From: Ascidiella aspersa
Taxonomy: Eukaryota
Direction of reading: 5' to 3'
NCBI GenBank assembly: GCA_963924565.1
Contig: OZ004614.1
Span: forward strand, 18,972,001 to 19,036,000
DNA length: 64,000 nucleotides
The translations under genes were made by a program, and so were the position numbers. Below are positions 12,834-27,367 of the stretch, in pieces; position 1 is the first letter of the stretch; each line of letters begins with the position of its first letter. Below the pieces are notes generated by a model. That model saw only the letters and a list, made by a program, of their open reading frames with translations, ran no database searches and was not told the origin of the DNA.

Positions 12834-15347
12834 ACGTAACGAAACTCCAGTTAGTTGTGGTTATGCCGAAAAACATTACATCAGTGGTTCCAAACGATAA
12901 CGTCACTCACCCCTTGGAGGTATGAAAAAGTTCCAGAGTGACAGATTTATTTTGAAAAACACGGCAACATTTATTGATTGTAAAATCTATTTAGGACTAA
13001 GAGGCCTCATTGAGTGATCAGGCGAGCTGTGGCGCCTGATAATTGTACAATGTTAGATTAAATTAAGTAATTACATTTTAATCGGCCACAATGTCACATC
13101 TATATAGTTATCGTAGGTAGGCGTAGTTTTGAAAAACTATTGTTTAGGATTTCGTGAGATTGGTAATTTTGTAATGACTGAAAGAAGGTTTTGAACTACG
13201 GTATACGTTGAAGACTCTTCAAACGATGTAATTAATAGTGATGAACTGAACAAATAAATTTAAATAAGTATGTCATTTGGACCAAGACTTTCAGTTAAAA
13301 CATTTATTAAGTACAAGAAAACACATGATTGTTTCTCGGGATACTTGGAAAAAAGAACAACAATATTTTTTTGTGGCCTGTTAACTACCAAAAAAATACA
13401 AAGGGGTTTTAACATAAATTAAATCACACCCGTTAAGCATTAAGCGGAAAACCTTCTCTGGAAACTAATACTGCAGTTGTCTTGACATTTGTTTAGATGT
13501 AGAAAAATTTTCAGCAAGTTATGAAGTCTGTCGTAAACTCATTGACCTAGTGCACCTTAACAGTGCGAAGTTTGTTCAGGATGAAGTTCTGTCTCTAGGC
13601 GTAAATTTCTGCCGAGCTAACTTTATCATCGGGTAAACAATGGATTTGCAAGATAACGGAGGATGGTGATTGGCCTGTGTTAAAACCTGAGGCGACCGAC
13701 AAGACCCTGATTGCAATCGACAAGTACACTTTTCGCCGTCGGACAGGCCAAAATAAATGTCAAGAATATTATTAACTGAGATTTTCCTTTTTTTGTTGGA
13801 TACCCCTCCTTTTTGGTGGTTGGATTACCCTCGCATCATATTTGTCAAATTTCGTCTAAGAAAAGCAAATTTATCGAGCAGCAAAATAAGCTAGTTCTTG
13901 TAAGCCCGAAGCGTCATCATGTTCGCTCACATCATTAAATTCATCCAGAGGTGAGTTGCGGTTCAAAGTCCAATATGCTTCTGTTGAAATGAACCCTGAC
14001 AAGGTTTTAAAGGTCAAGTTTGCTTTGCATAGACTGCAAATAAACACAGGTTTTCACTAATCCGTTTAAGCGCATAGGATATACGTGATTTGCCCTTGTG
14101 TTTCGCCTCTGTTGCTTTGCAGTAAATCGCGAAGAGTGTTGAAATATTTAGGTTGTTGCATGAACAGCGGTTTTTGGAAACGGATGACGGTCCTCGCGTC
14201 TTTCTGCTTCTTGCACTCAAAACTTTTATTTTTCGAAATATAAACTGATTTTCCTACGAAATCAAAAAACTCGGGACGTTATGCTAAAAACAATGCTTGA
14301 CTTTAGCGTAAGGTAAAATGTTGCACGTAAATTTTTTGTAACGTATTGAGGCGCGAGCACTAATGCGATGTTTTACTTTTCGTAATGTGTTTGGCGTCAT
14401 GCGAAGTTGTTATTTCTGCTTTTAAGCTGTTCTAAGCTTTCCTACTCCAAACTGCACAGGCGAAACCTCGTATATTTACTGCAAAATATGGTTATGGATT
14501 TGCGATTTGCGTTTCTTAGTGTTTTGTCCACTTTCAGTTATATTTGCTACTCCTTACGTTCGTTTGGACTATGTTTAGACAAAACAATTTGGTAAAAGTT
14601 GATCGAGATTCAGGTTTTACACAAGGGCTGTACACCGGATCGTGTCCTTTTTAAAACTATATTTTTTGCTAACTTTAATAATGCAACTGCAATATTCGCG
14701 CGAACCTTTGACTTTTTATTTTTGTCTCCTCCTTTTTTGTAGACATATTTATTTTTACAAAGGGGGCTCGATAAAGCAAAAGTTTAAAACCACTGCGTTA
14801 GATTAATACAATTTCCTGATGACATCCTAATCTGTCATTCGTTTTTGTAATGTCTGAAATCGACATTTATGTATAGGATGAAAACTTACTTTGAAGTCGT
14901 GTTTTTATCACCGTAGTGTATCGGCAGTGTAAGGTGGCATCAGATTTCGACTTTGATCTGATATTATCGTCCAAGACCAGTGAGTCTAATTGGCTTGTTA
15001 TCTTATTTCAGTATAAAATTTGTGTAATATTGATTTAATTTCTAAATGATATTCACCTCTCCAATTTCCTTGACAAGAAGTTAAATGCGTTTTCAAAGAT
15101 ATCAATTTCATCATCGTAGTTAGGATTCTACAGTTTTGCTTTATACAATTTTACTATCGTTATACAGAATGGCGGAATCTATAACAATTTTAATTACGCA
15201 ACAGAAATGTCCAACTTGCTTTTTTTGCTTCAGCGACGAAGTTTTTCAGGCACCTATATATATGCAGCACATTTGTGCATTTCTTTTAATTTGCTTGGCA
15301 AAGTGAACGGTTGAAATTCTTTATAGTGACGGAGTAAAAACTAAATA

Positions 15348-16522
15348 ATGGAAAGCCGAATAATTTTATTTGCTTTGCTTGTGGTCACGTGCATGTCAAT
15401 AAGTGAAGGTAAGTTTTTATTGCCTTATAACTGTGAAAGATTTTTAGAGTCAATAAAGTGATTTAACACTGTTGCTTAATATTTCTAAACTTGTTGGAAG
15501 ATCGGGTGTTGTGTGGAAAAATAAATTGCTGCGCCGCAATTGGTTTTGTGTGAATTCATGCTTTACCTCTTGGTTTAAGGTAGACGACATCAACGAGGCA
15601 GATTTGTTATTCGGTGCATTCAAACCTACTGCAGTAGAACATGGCTATCATCGGGTTATACTTGCCAATACGCCAGACGTAAGGACGTTTGTTTTATTAT
15701 GTATATACGTTGTTTAACAAACGTTTTCGACGCATAATTGTTGGCAGTAATGTCGGTGATAGACTGGAGTAGACGTTAAATAAATTGCCAAAATGTTTTC
15801 TCTGTCTGTAACTTTACATGTTGCTACAAGCCTACAGCAGCAAACCTATTCTGTTGACGTCAATGACTTGACTTAAGTGCACTTAGGTTACCGCTTCTAA
15901 ATAAGTTTGCTTAACTTTAGTCTTTTGAACAGATGAGGTGGTTTGAACTGATTTATCCTCGTCAATCAGTTTTTATTTTAATAAATCAAGGAAATTATTC
16001 TAATTTTCCAAATAATAAAATTAGCTTTCTTTATGTTGCGTTTTTTCTATATTTTTAGTTTGTTTTTTGCAGTTTTTTTTTGCGAAAAGTTCAATTATTA
16101 ACAGTTGTTAATCTACTTTTTATCAATTTCGATTTTCTGATCGAATCGCTCCGTTAAATCGGAAATCATGGCGCAAATGCCATATTTGAGATCGGCACTG
16201 ATACCACATTAGTATCGGACGAGTAACGATAGTACCACTTGGCATTGGAAGTAGGTTCGATCCAATATTGTCGAGCATTTCTACTCGAAAATGGATGTGG
16301 CATACATTTTTGATAAAACCTTTCAACAGATTAAAATAATTCGCCGTTGATCCAAAAAAACATTTAGTCAGGTTATTGCGAACTCGTATTAATCTTATCC
16401 ACCATGTGCTGAGCAAATTTTATGTTTTTGCAGATCCTGTTCCCTGCTTTCACTGCCAGTACTTTGTGTGCAGACGTGTTAAATCGTGTCAATCGATTTT
16501 TCGCCATCTTTCCTTCTGCTGA
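15348..16522 (+). CDS. Secreted cationic 8-Cys peptide, copy A (82 aa, 3 coding exons)
   Basis: Exons 15348-15408, 15580-15678, 16434-16522; GT-AG, phases 1/1. Translation MESRIILFALLVVTCMSISEG-RRHQRGRFVIRCIQTYCSRTWLSSGYTCQYARHPVPCFHCQYFVCRRVKSCQSIFRHLSFC*. TATATA at ~15255, AATAAA at 16761. Frame confirmed by the paralog at 54771-57771. Confidence 0.9.
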
Positions 16523-18036
16523 ATTTTTGTGCTACCACAAGCTGCTTAATCCGCAAGCCGTTTCAGCTCCTGTACCAAAGAGTTTTTTTACACTTTACCC
16601 AACATTGATACATTACAGTGAATAACTTAACTAGCATTCTGCGTATAACGATCGTTTCAATCAAAGGTCGTTTGTCACCAACTTTTTGCCAGCAAGTTCT
16701 TTCTTTCTTGCGCCTTGATTTGTAAATACAATTTCCAAATACAAAATTTTAACTTTTAGCAATAAAGATTGGCTTTTTTGTAAAATCAGCTTAAGCGTAG
16801 TCAATTTGCTTGAACGTGTATCACAAGGGTGGAATATATATCTTCATTTGTCTTGTTATAAAAATAAAAAAGGCTATACCGATAATTCATTAAAACATCC
16901 AAATAATATCGTTTTCCACATTATTGTACAATATCTATTCATGAGGGTGGAAATGCAGTTTATCTAATAAGCTGTTGCTGCAAAGTTGTTTTAGTGGAGG
17001 GGTTCCCAAACCTTTTTTACATCTTAGCCCCCTATGAAAAATTTGAGGAATCAATGCCTCCATATTTTTTTCAACGTTTTAAAAAATTAAGACGCTTCAT
17101 TTTAAATGATAATGCTGTTAACCTGTAGTTAGTTTAGAATAATAAAATGATATAAATACAACACCAGGAACGTGCAGTCATGGGAGGCAGGAGAGGCACT
17201 GCCTCAGCTGTCAACATCTGGCAAAGCAAAAGATCAAGCAAAAGTTATATAACTTATATTTAGGTTTCTATACCTAAATCGCGCTTTATTTTTTTCTTCT
17301 ATTTCTGTTGGTTTTTTCTTCTATTTTCTGACGCGGTCAAAATCATTAAAATACGCGAAGAGAGGCAGCGCCAAGCCGTGCCTCTCTTCACAAAAGTGCC
17401 ATACACTGCATTATGCGTGCCTTTTTGTTTCGCAAATTCTCTCGGAAAACATGATTTACGATTTAACTATGATTTGAGGCATGCCTCAATTGTGAGTTGT
17501 GACGTCCAAGCTATAAAACTTTTCTTCGTTCCGCTTGAATGGCCGCATAGTACGTATACATTGACTTCTTGTAGTGTAAAGCTCTAAAGTTAAAGTCATA
17601 ATTAAAGGCAGACCTGTTGCAAATTTAAACGTTTTGCATCAGACGACTGGACAATAAAAAAATAACACGCAACTTTCAAAGAGATTAGTAAAAAAGGAGT
17701 GGATGTGTGGCTGCCATAGGCGTAGCCAGGGGGCCATGGCCACCCGAAAATTTATAAATATTGTACTCTTAATAATAATTTGTTTTGTAGATTTTATGAG
17801 CAGTTGCCTACCACAACAGTCGATCACAAGCATGCCACACCTTCAATTGTCATTCACTGTTACGTCATAAACGATGTAGTCATTATTACGTTTGCTATAT
17901 TAATGTAGTTTAACTACTTTTTAATGATTTTTTTGCTCTCTGAATGGGTTTTGAGTGTTTTTTTTAATTTTTATTAGTACGATACCGATTTTTGTGGTTG
18001 TTAAAAAAAACTGGACTCGAAAAATTGTGTGCCTTA

Positions 18037-20359
18037 AGCCCAATGCACACTGCCGTCGTTATCGTGTCGTAAGCGCCTTCCGACGCGACGCCGACGAGCG
18101 CTTACGTATGCCAATGCACACCGCGTCAGAGCATACGGAGAGAAGCGAATTTTCGCGGCTCTCCCGACGCGATAAGTGCTTGCTACGACGGCCCGATCGA
18201 GTAGGATTCAATCCTACTTCGTCGGGCGTCGTTAGCGCGTCGGGAAGCTCTTTTGTTGGAAAAACATGCAGTTATAGTTTTGGCAAACGCCACCTTATTA
18301 TTTTTACTAGTTGAAGCCTTTTAAACAGTAAATGCTAATGTCGTTATGTTCTTCGTAAATTGTTGAACTTAAATGTGAAAAGTTGTGTTCAATATTTTAA
18401 GTAATAATGGTGTTATGGTTGATGCAACAGATAAACACAGGGTAAAAATGATGGAAAGCAAAATTTAGACACTTGATGCAATATTTAGGTAATTTTGGCA
18501 ATATTTTTTAGATGTGTATGGGTTGATGATATGTTATAAAAACATATGTCAAACCAGTTTTATGATGTACTGCAGTAAGTAACTCATTTTAAACAAAAAC
18601 AGCAAACAATTTTTATTAAATTTTTTGTAAGCTATTGAGGGCAAAGATTAATTTTGACACTAGTGTGATTTTGCTTTTCAAATGACTGAATCAATATAAG
18701 CATGTTTTTATGTGTTTATTTAGCAATTATTTCAGACAAATAACTTTTCTAATCATGTTCTGTTTTAATTGATTTTTCAAAAAAGAAAACTCAAGACCAC
18801 TTTTCGAAAGAAACTCAAAACCACTTTGGACTGTTGTTGGTTGGAAAGAATTTTAAGCACACAATTACAGGAGATTATTTGGAACTTCCCAAATTGTTGC
18901 AAACTGAATATGTAGAAAAGAAGATATCTACTCCCCCTAAAGCACGTTAATGATGACAATGACTGGTAGCAATATACTTTCCAGTTTGTTGTCGAGTCAA
19001 AATCATAAATGACTGATTTTAACTCAGACAACAGAGTTGGCAGTATATTGCTACCATTTGAAATGGTTTTACCCGGAATCAAATAATTATGTGTCTTCTC
19101 TGTTTTTACTTTTTTGATTTTAGTTACATGGGCCTCTCCGTTTGCCTTATCTTCTTTGTTGCCACCCTTTTTTCCTTTTTTATTTTCGCTGTGTCAAACA
19201 CAGCGGGTTGTTGTTTTTCCCAAGACTTGGGCAGTAGGATGGGCCAGTTTCCTATAGGCCTACCTATTACTTTTATCTTAGATTTTATGCCTAGTCACAT
19301 AGTTTGTTGCTCTTGGTTCTATTATTATTTATGACTTTTAATTTCTACCACCTAGTTTACATGTTTGCATTGTTTTGTGTTTGATTTTTTAGAGACTGAT
19401 GATGTCGGATTGGCAAAATATATTTCTCTAATAAAAACTAGAACTTATAAATGACTGAATTTGACTCAGACAACAAAGTCAAAAGTATATTCCCAAATTG
19501 TTTTGTTTCTTTGGGTGGCAAACACTTTAGGATTAATGTCATACATACAGTGGCTATTGATTCTGCAGCTACAAGAGATTTGTACCATTTAATTTTGATT
19601 CATGTGATGCTCATTACAATTACATATTCATCTATGTTAATAGTTTGTTAACTGTGGCTACCATAATAATGATATAGTGCAATGATGCTAGAAAAATCAG
19701 GCATCTGCTGTGTAAATTCCATTAAATTTGATACTGTTTTCTGGCAATGGACACTTATTCAAGATGACTGCATTTGTTTAATTATGACATTTACATTTAT
19801 TTTTCCTGTACACAAAACTGACTGTTAGTATAAATAGAGATAAGAAATAGACAATTAAGTAATACTATTTTAGCCTTCCATTCCGCTATAATCAACATCA
19901 CTGGGTTTTATTTCTGCCAATGACTTGGCTTTTTTGAGTACTGTTTTCAGTGTCATGTAAAAACAGGTTTCTTTTAAGTGTTATGATTGCACTCTTTTCT
20001 ATTTCATATTATGTACAGTGTCTCTATCTAATTTACATTGCCATTTACCCATGTATGTATATGTATGGGAAATTTGAAGCAACTATAAATACAACAGCAT
20101 ATTTTTGTATTTTGATCTTTAATTTATGAATGAGGAGGTGTAAGGTAATTTAGTCTGTCAGCCGTAGATTAATTATTATTTCCGTTAGTATCCGAATTTG
20201 TAAATATTAACCCATATGTTTGTAACCGACAATCGTAAGCAATGTGCATTAAACGTCGGTAGCAACCGTCGGCGTCGGTTCAGAGCGTCAGACGGCGGTC
20301 GGACGACGGCTGGGAATTCCCCTGTCGTTATCGTATCGTTTCGCGGTGTGCATCCAGCT
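18037..20359. mobile_element. Non-autonomous PIF/Harbinger-type DNA transposon (2.3 kb)
   Basis: Present only in unit A (empty site gcctcaccatctag in B/C). TIRs AGCCCAATGCACAC / GTGTGCATCCAGCT; 3-bp TSD TTA (18034-36, 20360-62); subterminal gtcgttatcgt repeats; no transposase ORF. Confidence 0.85.
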
Positions 20360-22250
20360 TTACCATCTAGCAACCTCGCCGCACGTCACTGTACAACACA
20401 CAATCAACATGGTAGTACATTATTTATTTATTTTTTGTTTTGTTTGTTTGTATTTTTCAAGTGACAAAAATAATAACTAAGCATTTTCACGAGTTTTGCT
20501 TAAACGCGAAAGTGTAACTGATTTGCGATCGCCCAGTTTTCAGTAAAGCATCTATAAAACGTGTGGTTGACGACGCCAGGACACGAATGGAGTACTTAAA
20601 ACAACAATATGGGGTTTAAATCAAAGTAAATTTGGTCAAAAATATATTTTTTCAGAAGTATCATTGTTGAAAACCCATTCATAGCGATATGTTGATGGAA
20701 AAGGCAACAACAATGGCATGACAATATCATTAGGCTTAGGGAACGAATTGCTTAGTTTTGCCCAAAATGTGGTCAAACTGTCCTTTTCAAAGCTAAATCG
20801 GGTTGTCGTCTTTTCTTGCGGCTTTTTGGTTCATTAAATTTTATTTCTTTTTTGTTATAGTTAGAGATATTAAACTAAAAAAATGTATTTTTTAATTTCT
20901 CTTCAAGGGCCCCTTGAAAAAGGCTCATGGGCCCCTAGGGAACCATGGCCCTCAGGTTGTTTTAGTGCTATGTTGTTTCGACAAAGTAAGCAATTCAAAG
21001 TTGGTTATAATTTGCGTTTGTTTGTATATTATAGGTAACATAATTAATGCTCTTATTTCAGTTAGATTTTTTAGGAAAATCTAGACAAATTAACTGGGCG
21101 TTAATAAGTTTAAATTATATGAGCCGTAAAACTACTCGCCGAAGTATTGGTTGCGTTGGCCTAAAACTGTACACGCCTGCATTAATATGTATAAAGCGAG
21201 AAATTAGTAAGGTACATCTGCGCATAGTTGTTGTAGTTTATATATAACCTACATCAAAGTGATCCAAATATTTAACGATAAGTATAGCAATTCTTTTTAT
21301 TTCGGGGGTCAATGTTTCATGCTGGATCTGCAGCTAACTATAGGCGATCTCTGCCTAATAAAACACACTAGTTATACAATCATCTAAATTTAATATATAA
21401 GTTATTATCTTAAAAGCAACGCCCTAGCTGGCAATCACAGCGCAGTGCTCCAGTATAACTTGAAAGTTACTTAATTATGGGCAGATCCAGGAAAGGGCCA
21501 GAAACAACTCAGATATAACGTCATACTTTGACCTCACAAAAGAAATCGAAATAAACGTGACGTTCTTGAGCAAACTTTATAAAAACAGAAGACGAGTCCA
21601 ATACATGCCATGCCCTTATTTGATGTAAATAGACCCGACATTTAATTTCGGAAACTTAAAATAACATTTCCGTTAACAAGTTTAAAAATACAAAAAAAAA
21701 ATCGTGTAAAGTCGCGCCGAAAAAAGAAAATTACTCAGCAAAACCTAGAAAAAGACAAGAAAATATAAAAATTAATAAAGTTAAATAATTATCAAAAAAT
21801 AAACTTGTAGAGGGTGGTGGTTGATACCCAGGTACTCCCATACACCAGTCTATGGTGTATAATTAAAAAATGACTATACTCTTGTAGGAGTGAAACAAAA
21901 GAGGAACAAATGCAGTAATGTGTGTGATTTAAAATTGTATTTGGAGCGCATTGGCGTGGGTGGTGTCCTATTTATAATTTAATTGAAAGCGATTTTGACG
22001 TTGCAATTTGTGCGCCACGGGCCATTGAAGGCTAGCTGGAATTGATTGATTTCACAGCTGCAGAGTAACGCCATCATGCGTACAACGTGCAAAAAACAGC
22101 AGCTTCGTTTCGGAGTAAGTAAACCTCGGGACGTTACCTGTTGTTCTGTCCTGCTCTGCAATTCGACTTTTTTACATAGAAACTAAAGAATAGGTGCAAC
22201 GAATATTCCTAGGATTGTCAAATTGCTTTTGTAACGGAAACACTATAAGA

Positions 22251-23365
22251 CAGGGGTGTCAAATGAGTTCTGCCATTATCCACCACAGCCAAACCCGACA
22301 ACATGATGATCCACCAAATGCGAATAGTAAACATATTGGACACGCTTGAATTTTTATGGTGCTTTATTTATGTAAAGGTACCCTCCAACATATTGTTAAC
22401 TTTGTAAAAGTCAAAGGGAAGTGTGCTACAGCACCAAGATTGTTTCAGTGAGAAAAATGATGAGTTGGTTAAGACCAGGGGCCGGCAACCTTTTTCTAGT
22501 CGCGGTTCAACACCAAACTCAGAAAGGTCTTTGTGGGCCGCACAAAATGTTAACTCAGAATTGTGTTATTAAAATGTTAGAACAACTTTTAATCAGGCGG
22601 ACCTCGGATCTTTTGGAGGCAGTAAAGTGTTGGCGCAAAGCGAGAGAAAAGGCGTTGTTTGGTTTAAAATTCGAGCCCAAACTTCGTCATCCTTACTAAT
22701 AATTAAAAGTGTAATAAAACTTCTTTGAAGAAACGCGATAACTTTAATAGTTAATCTTTGTTTAGTGTTTGCTAACCTTGAAGTCAGGGCGCACGTGGCG
22801 AGCGAGCGAGCGCGAATTTTTCTTAGGTATACCGGCATTTCTTTTAAATTTCTTGCAAGTTTTTATTACATTGCCGAAAATACAAAATGTTTAAAAATAT
22901 ATGTCCAATATTTTTTAATGCTATTTCCATTAACGGTAACGAAACGCTGATCTATTTCAAAGGACCGCATCAAAACGTAAACAAGCCGGACGAAGAAAGA
23001 TGATTCGCGCGAAGCGGGGAAATTTTTTAAACTTACGTAGTTAAAATAGTCAAAAAGTATTTAAAATTGACTCGTATCTAGTTTGGAGGGGGAGCGGTGG
23101 GCGGCATGAATGACATTAGCGGGGCGCATCCGGCCGGGAGGCTGTAGGTTGCCGATCGACCCATGTTTCAAACTTTAGGTCGCTGATCGATATCCTCAAA
23201 CGCTCACATTAGTATTTGGGAGTCTCGTTTTAAATTTGATTTTTTTGCAAAATCCATCAACACTGATAATTGGTATATATTTATTTTTTCAAGACTACAT
23301 TAGTAGATCCGAACAAAACGCTGAGATCCGGAACCGGATCGCGATCAGCCATTTGAACATGACCG
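22251..23365. mobile_element. hAT-type MITE composite (also at 34449-35563 and 46469-47560)
   Basis: caggggtgtcaaat...atttgaacatgaccg flanked by 8-bp TSD CTATAAGA; nested caggggccggcaacc...ggttgccga element. Present in all three units, so it predates the duplications. Confidence 0.78.
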
Positions 23366-24440
23366 CTATAAGAGATTATTATAAGGAAGAAAACGCGAAA
23401 ACCTAAAATAAAAGCATTAGAATAACATCAGAAACAAGAGATTACCACTCAACAGGCAGAACGTGCTGCCTCGAATTGTAATTCACATATTTTGATTCTT
23501 TTCTCGCAGTGTTGCTTTGTATCTGAGCTTGTTTGATTCGCCTTTGCATTGCATGAGAATATAAAGCACAACCTCTAGACACCGCGTATTGCTTCATGGC
23601 GTTACACCTGACAACTGTTGTGAGAGACGTCATAAAGCACCATCCATGTTGTCTAACCGTACGGTGGCACGCTACAACTAGGTCAAAAAATACTTTCTTC
23701 TGCGGATATCGGGTATTATCTATCTATGAAAGTTTTGACAACCTGCAATGATATTTCGTGAAAAAAAAAAAAATTTTTTTATTAACATAAATGAAAAGTT
23801 TTTTTCTATTAACATTTTAATTCATTTGCTGTCGCGAATTTCATCAAAGCTGAAAGACGTGTCCATTGTAATCAACAGGAATCGATAATGACACGATGAC
23901 CTGCTAAATGTTCGTGCTGCTGTTTTTTGTACTGTAGCCTAGATTTTTTGGTAAGTTTGTATGAATTTTGTGGTATCTCGTTCGACTAGTTTAAATTTGA
24001 ACAACATGCGGTTAATTGATTTTCATTTTATTATTTTCGGAACTGTAGATTCCGCAGGAAACATTTTTTAAATTTATTTATTCACTGAGTATTAAAAGTA
24101 ACCGTTTGCAAAACAACTGAATTTTATTCTATTAAATGTTCATTATTTGCGATAAATTTATTATTCATTTGCTCACAATAGACTATTTCGTTAATTCATA
24201 AACCCTTTTTATGGAAAGTTAAGCTTAAGCTTAAAGCTGCTTATAAACAGCGAATTATGAACCGCGGGGAAATGGATTTATAAGATCGTAAATCTGAGGT
24301 TTTTGTGACAACGTTCCTTCGCAGAGTTTCGCTTTCTTTAAATTTGGTAATATTTATTAGATTACGCAATCATTTACGACTGTATCTTTACGTAACACCT
24401 TTTGAACACGAACGTTTGCCAATAAGTAAGTTGCTTATTA

Positions 24441-24846
24441 CTCGATGCGTACCCAAGATCTTGGTACGATGAGAAATCTCAAGATGTTTCCGACAGAGCT
24501 TGGGTACGATTCTAAGTCACTCGATGCGTACCCAAGATCTTGGTACGATGAGAAATCTCAAGATGTTTCCGACAGAGCTTGGTACGATTCTAAGTCACTC
24601 GATCCGTACCCAAGATCTTGGTACGATGATAAATCTCAAGATGTTTCCGACAGAGCTTGGTACGATTCTAAGTCACTCGATGCGTACCCAAGATCTTGGT
24701 ACGATGACAAATCTCAAGATGTTTCCGACAGAGCTTGGTACGATTCTAAGTCACTCGATGCGCATCCAAGATCTTGGTACGATACCACATCATCTAATGC
24801 ATATATCCGGTCGTGGTATGATACAGGAAAGGATATCGGCAACTAA
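24441..24846 (+). pseudogene. 5'-truncated WYD-repeat gene copy (10 units, frameshift)
   Basis: Starts mid-unit with no ATG or signal peptide; extra G at ~24502 (gagcttgggtacg); same terminal units and 3' UTR as the intact gene. Confidence 0.85.
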
Positions 24847-25960
24847 TTTCGTAAGGAACTGTATATATTTTGATGAAAGAATAGTTTTACAATTTTGATG
24901 CATAATTTAAATTGTGTTATTTTTAGATTACCGCTCAACCTGGAGTGTTGTTTGCTCGAGTGGAAATCTTTGTACATTTCTATATAACCAAGAACATTTC
25001 TATATAACCAAGAGCTTTTGAATTTTCAGTAATAAAATAAATGCATTTATCCTGGGAGGTTCTGTATCAATCTTCTCTAGGTTTTCACCGGACCATAAAA
25101 ACTAACCTACAAAACAGTTTTAAATAGACAAAACAGTTCATACTAAGATAATTCAAAGGCTGGTAAAAGTTTTGAGAAGGGACACAGTCACACAAAAGCA
25201 CAAAATATTTTATATTTGAAACAAACGCTTACATAAATAGCTAACATTAACTAAACCATTATTCTCTTATGGTTGATTTTAAGCCTTTAATTAAAATCTG
25301 GGCATTTTCCCTCCGATTAATATTGTAATTGGAACGTTTTTTTGCAGATCCTATAATATAGGGAATAAGGCTGTTAAAAATATTTGACGTTAATTCCTTG
25401 TCGAAAAGTTCGCCGCCTTTGTGAATGCAATGAACAATAGCATTTCTGTCGTATATATTGCAGAATGTTCCGCAAGATTTTGAACAAAATTATCACAACT
25501 ATGCAAATCCTATTTAATCGTGCAGCGCGACGAAATTGAAATTCTGGGGCAAAACAATTTAATGGCGATATGAACAGTTGATATTAACGTCTATAATACG
25601 TGGCTTCAGAAAACGTAATCGAGAATGGTACAGCATACTAATTATAAAACAATGATTAGGTAGGTGGCCACAGCTTTAAAATACGGTAATCTGGGATGAT
25701 CCCGCACAATATTACAGTTATAACCACTGTAATAAATACTTTACATATTTCATACCACGTTAAAGACGACATTAGATTAAAACTGTTAGATACCCTAACG
25801 AACCAGGGGAACGCCGGGCATTTCTTCTAGTATAATATCTCCAAAATAAATCAAACATTACACAGTAATATACAAATTTCAAACTGCCTCCATAGCACAA
25901 ATACCAAAACACCGCCAAAAGAAATTCATTTTTTTCTTTGTAAATTCGGTTATGCTAGAT

Positions 25961-27367
25961 CAGGGGTTCCTAACCTTTTTTGTATGTTTTACCCCTTTAA
26001 CAAAGATAAATATCAGATTTACCCCCCATTATATAAAATAGTTCTCATCTATGCGAAAAAGGAAAGTAACAAATTACATCAGGTATAATCAATGCGACGG
26101 GTTCCCTTGCGTTTGGCAACGAGTTGTTGTCAAAACATTCCAGTTTGGTCTATTTTTTCATTTCAGAATGGACAGTTTTGACTAAGAAACGCTAGTTTTT
26201 GCTCATCATAATTGGATGAGAATTTGCTAGGTGCCTTTTCAAAGGAGCCGATTTCATTGTAATGTTTAAAAATGTTTCCACCCACGAGACACACTGAGGA
26301 ACTTAAAGACCATTCTCAATAAAATATGTAAATCTAAAATTAAAACAATTTTTCTGATACTTTCTCTTCTTTAGGGAAACGCCATTTTTAAGATTGCATT
26401 TTTTGTTACTTTTACAGACTATAATAATCAGTCAATGAGTTCTTTAAAGCCTTAATCATTGGACTAAAAAGATCAACAATAAACTAACTTGGCCAGTTAA
26501 GCCGTACCCAGTGACAAAATTAGGCAATCACATGTATAACCAGCACTGAAATTTCAAAAACTGTATCGGAACTTTCAAAACTGCTCGCAGACACGTTCTC
26601 CAGTGGTCTCCAATCTTTGAAATAAGCGACCCCAATTTAAATAAGATGTAATCAGAATTTACATTGCGACCCCATTTTGGAGACAATTATAGGCAATGTT
26701 AAAACAAGTGCTAGAATGCAGCAGAACGGGCACCTACTTCGCCGGGGAGTGAAGTGAAAAATTTTTTTAGCGATAAGTCTCTTCGCCTGTTTGTGTTTCT
26801 AAGTGGATATGCTTTCTAATTTGGCCTGTTGAATGCAACCTCAGAAAACGCGGATGTTTTACTAGAAATCAACAGCATTTGTTATGATGTTACAAATGAG
26901 GGACGATTTTAAACATAAACTAAATACATAAATCGTACTAAAACATTACGAATATGGTGAGTTATGGCGACCCCACAAAAATTTTAGGCGACCTCTTGAG
27001 ATCGCGACCCACAGGTTGGAGACCACTGCCTTAATCTATGACGTGACTGCCGAAGAACTTGATTTATTCAAACAGTAAATGACGTATTAAAGAAGTAACT
27101 GAAAGATAAGGATATTTTCACGAAACTAAAAAAATGATCAATTAGCGAAGCATAACGTTATCGATACAAGGCGATAAAAAATCAATAGGGTACTATAGGC
27201 TAGCTTCAAACAAGCAGTTGTAGGAAACTGTGCTACCAATACCTTCAGCTGGCAATATTTTTCTGTCTCGTCAGCTGATGTGGATATTTTGATTGATAGT
27301 TAATTTACCCCCTAAAGTGAGGAAATTTACCTCCAGGGGTAAATTTACCCCCGGTTAAGAAAGGCTG
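25961..27367. mobile_element. hAT-type non-autonomous element with nested MITE (26601-27028)
   Basis: Ends caggggttcctaacc...ggttaagaaaggctg, 8-bp TSD TGCTAGAT; empty site in unit C at ~52285. Nested element cagtggtctccaa...ttggagaccactg. Confidence 0.85.

Noticed and set aside
13498-13775. Coding-like stretch (VEKFSASYEVCRKL... / KQWICKITEDGDWPVL...)
   Set aside because: Two short frames separated by stops, no linkable exons and no recognisable family; possibly a decayed gene or TE.
15472-16625. ORF-track proteins MLNISK.../MWKNK... and MFLQILFPAF... and their copies
   Set aside because: They run through introns in a different frame; paralog D shows the Cys frame is the conserved one.
21979-23633. 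ORFs repeated identically three times (MQSRTEQ..., MCYSTK..., MPVYLRK..., MTSLTT...)
   Set aside because: Identity reflects the recent segmental duplication; several lie inside MITEs and none show splice or codon support.
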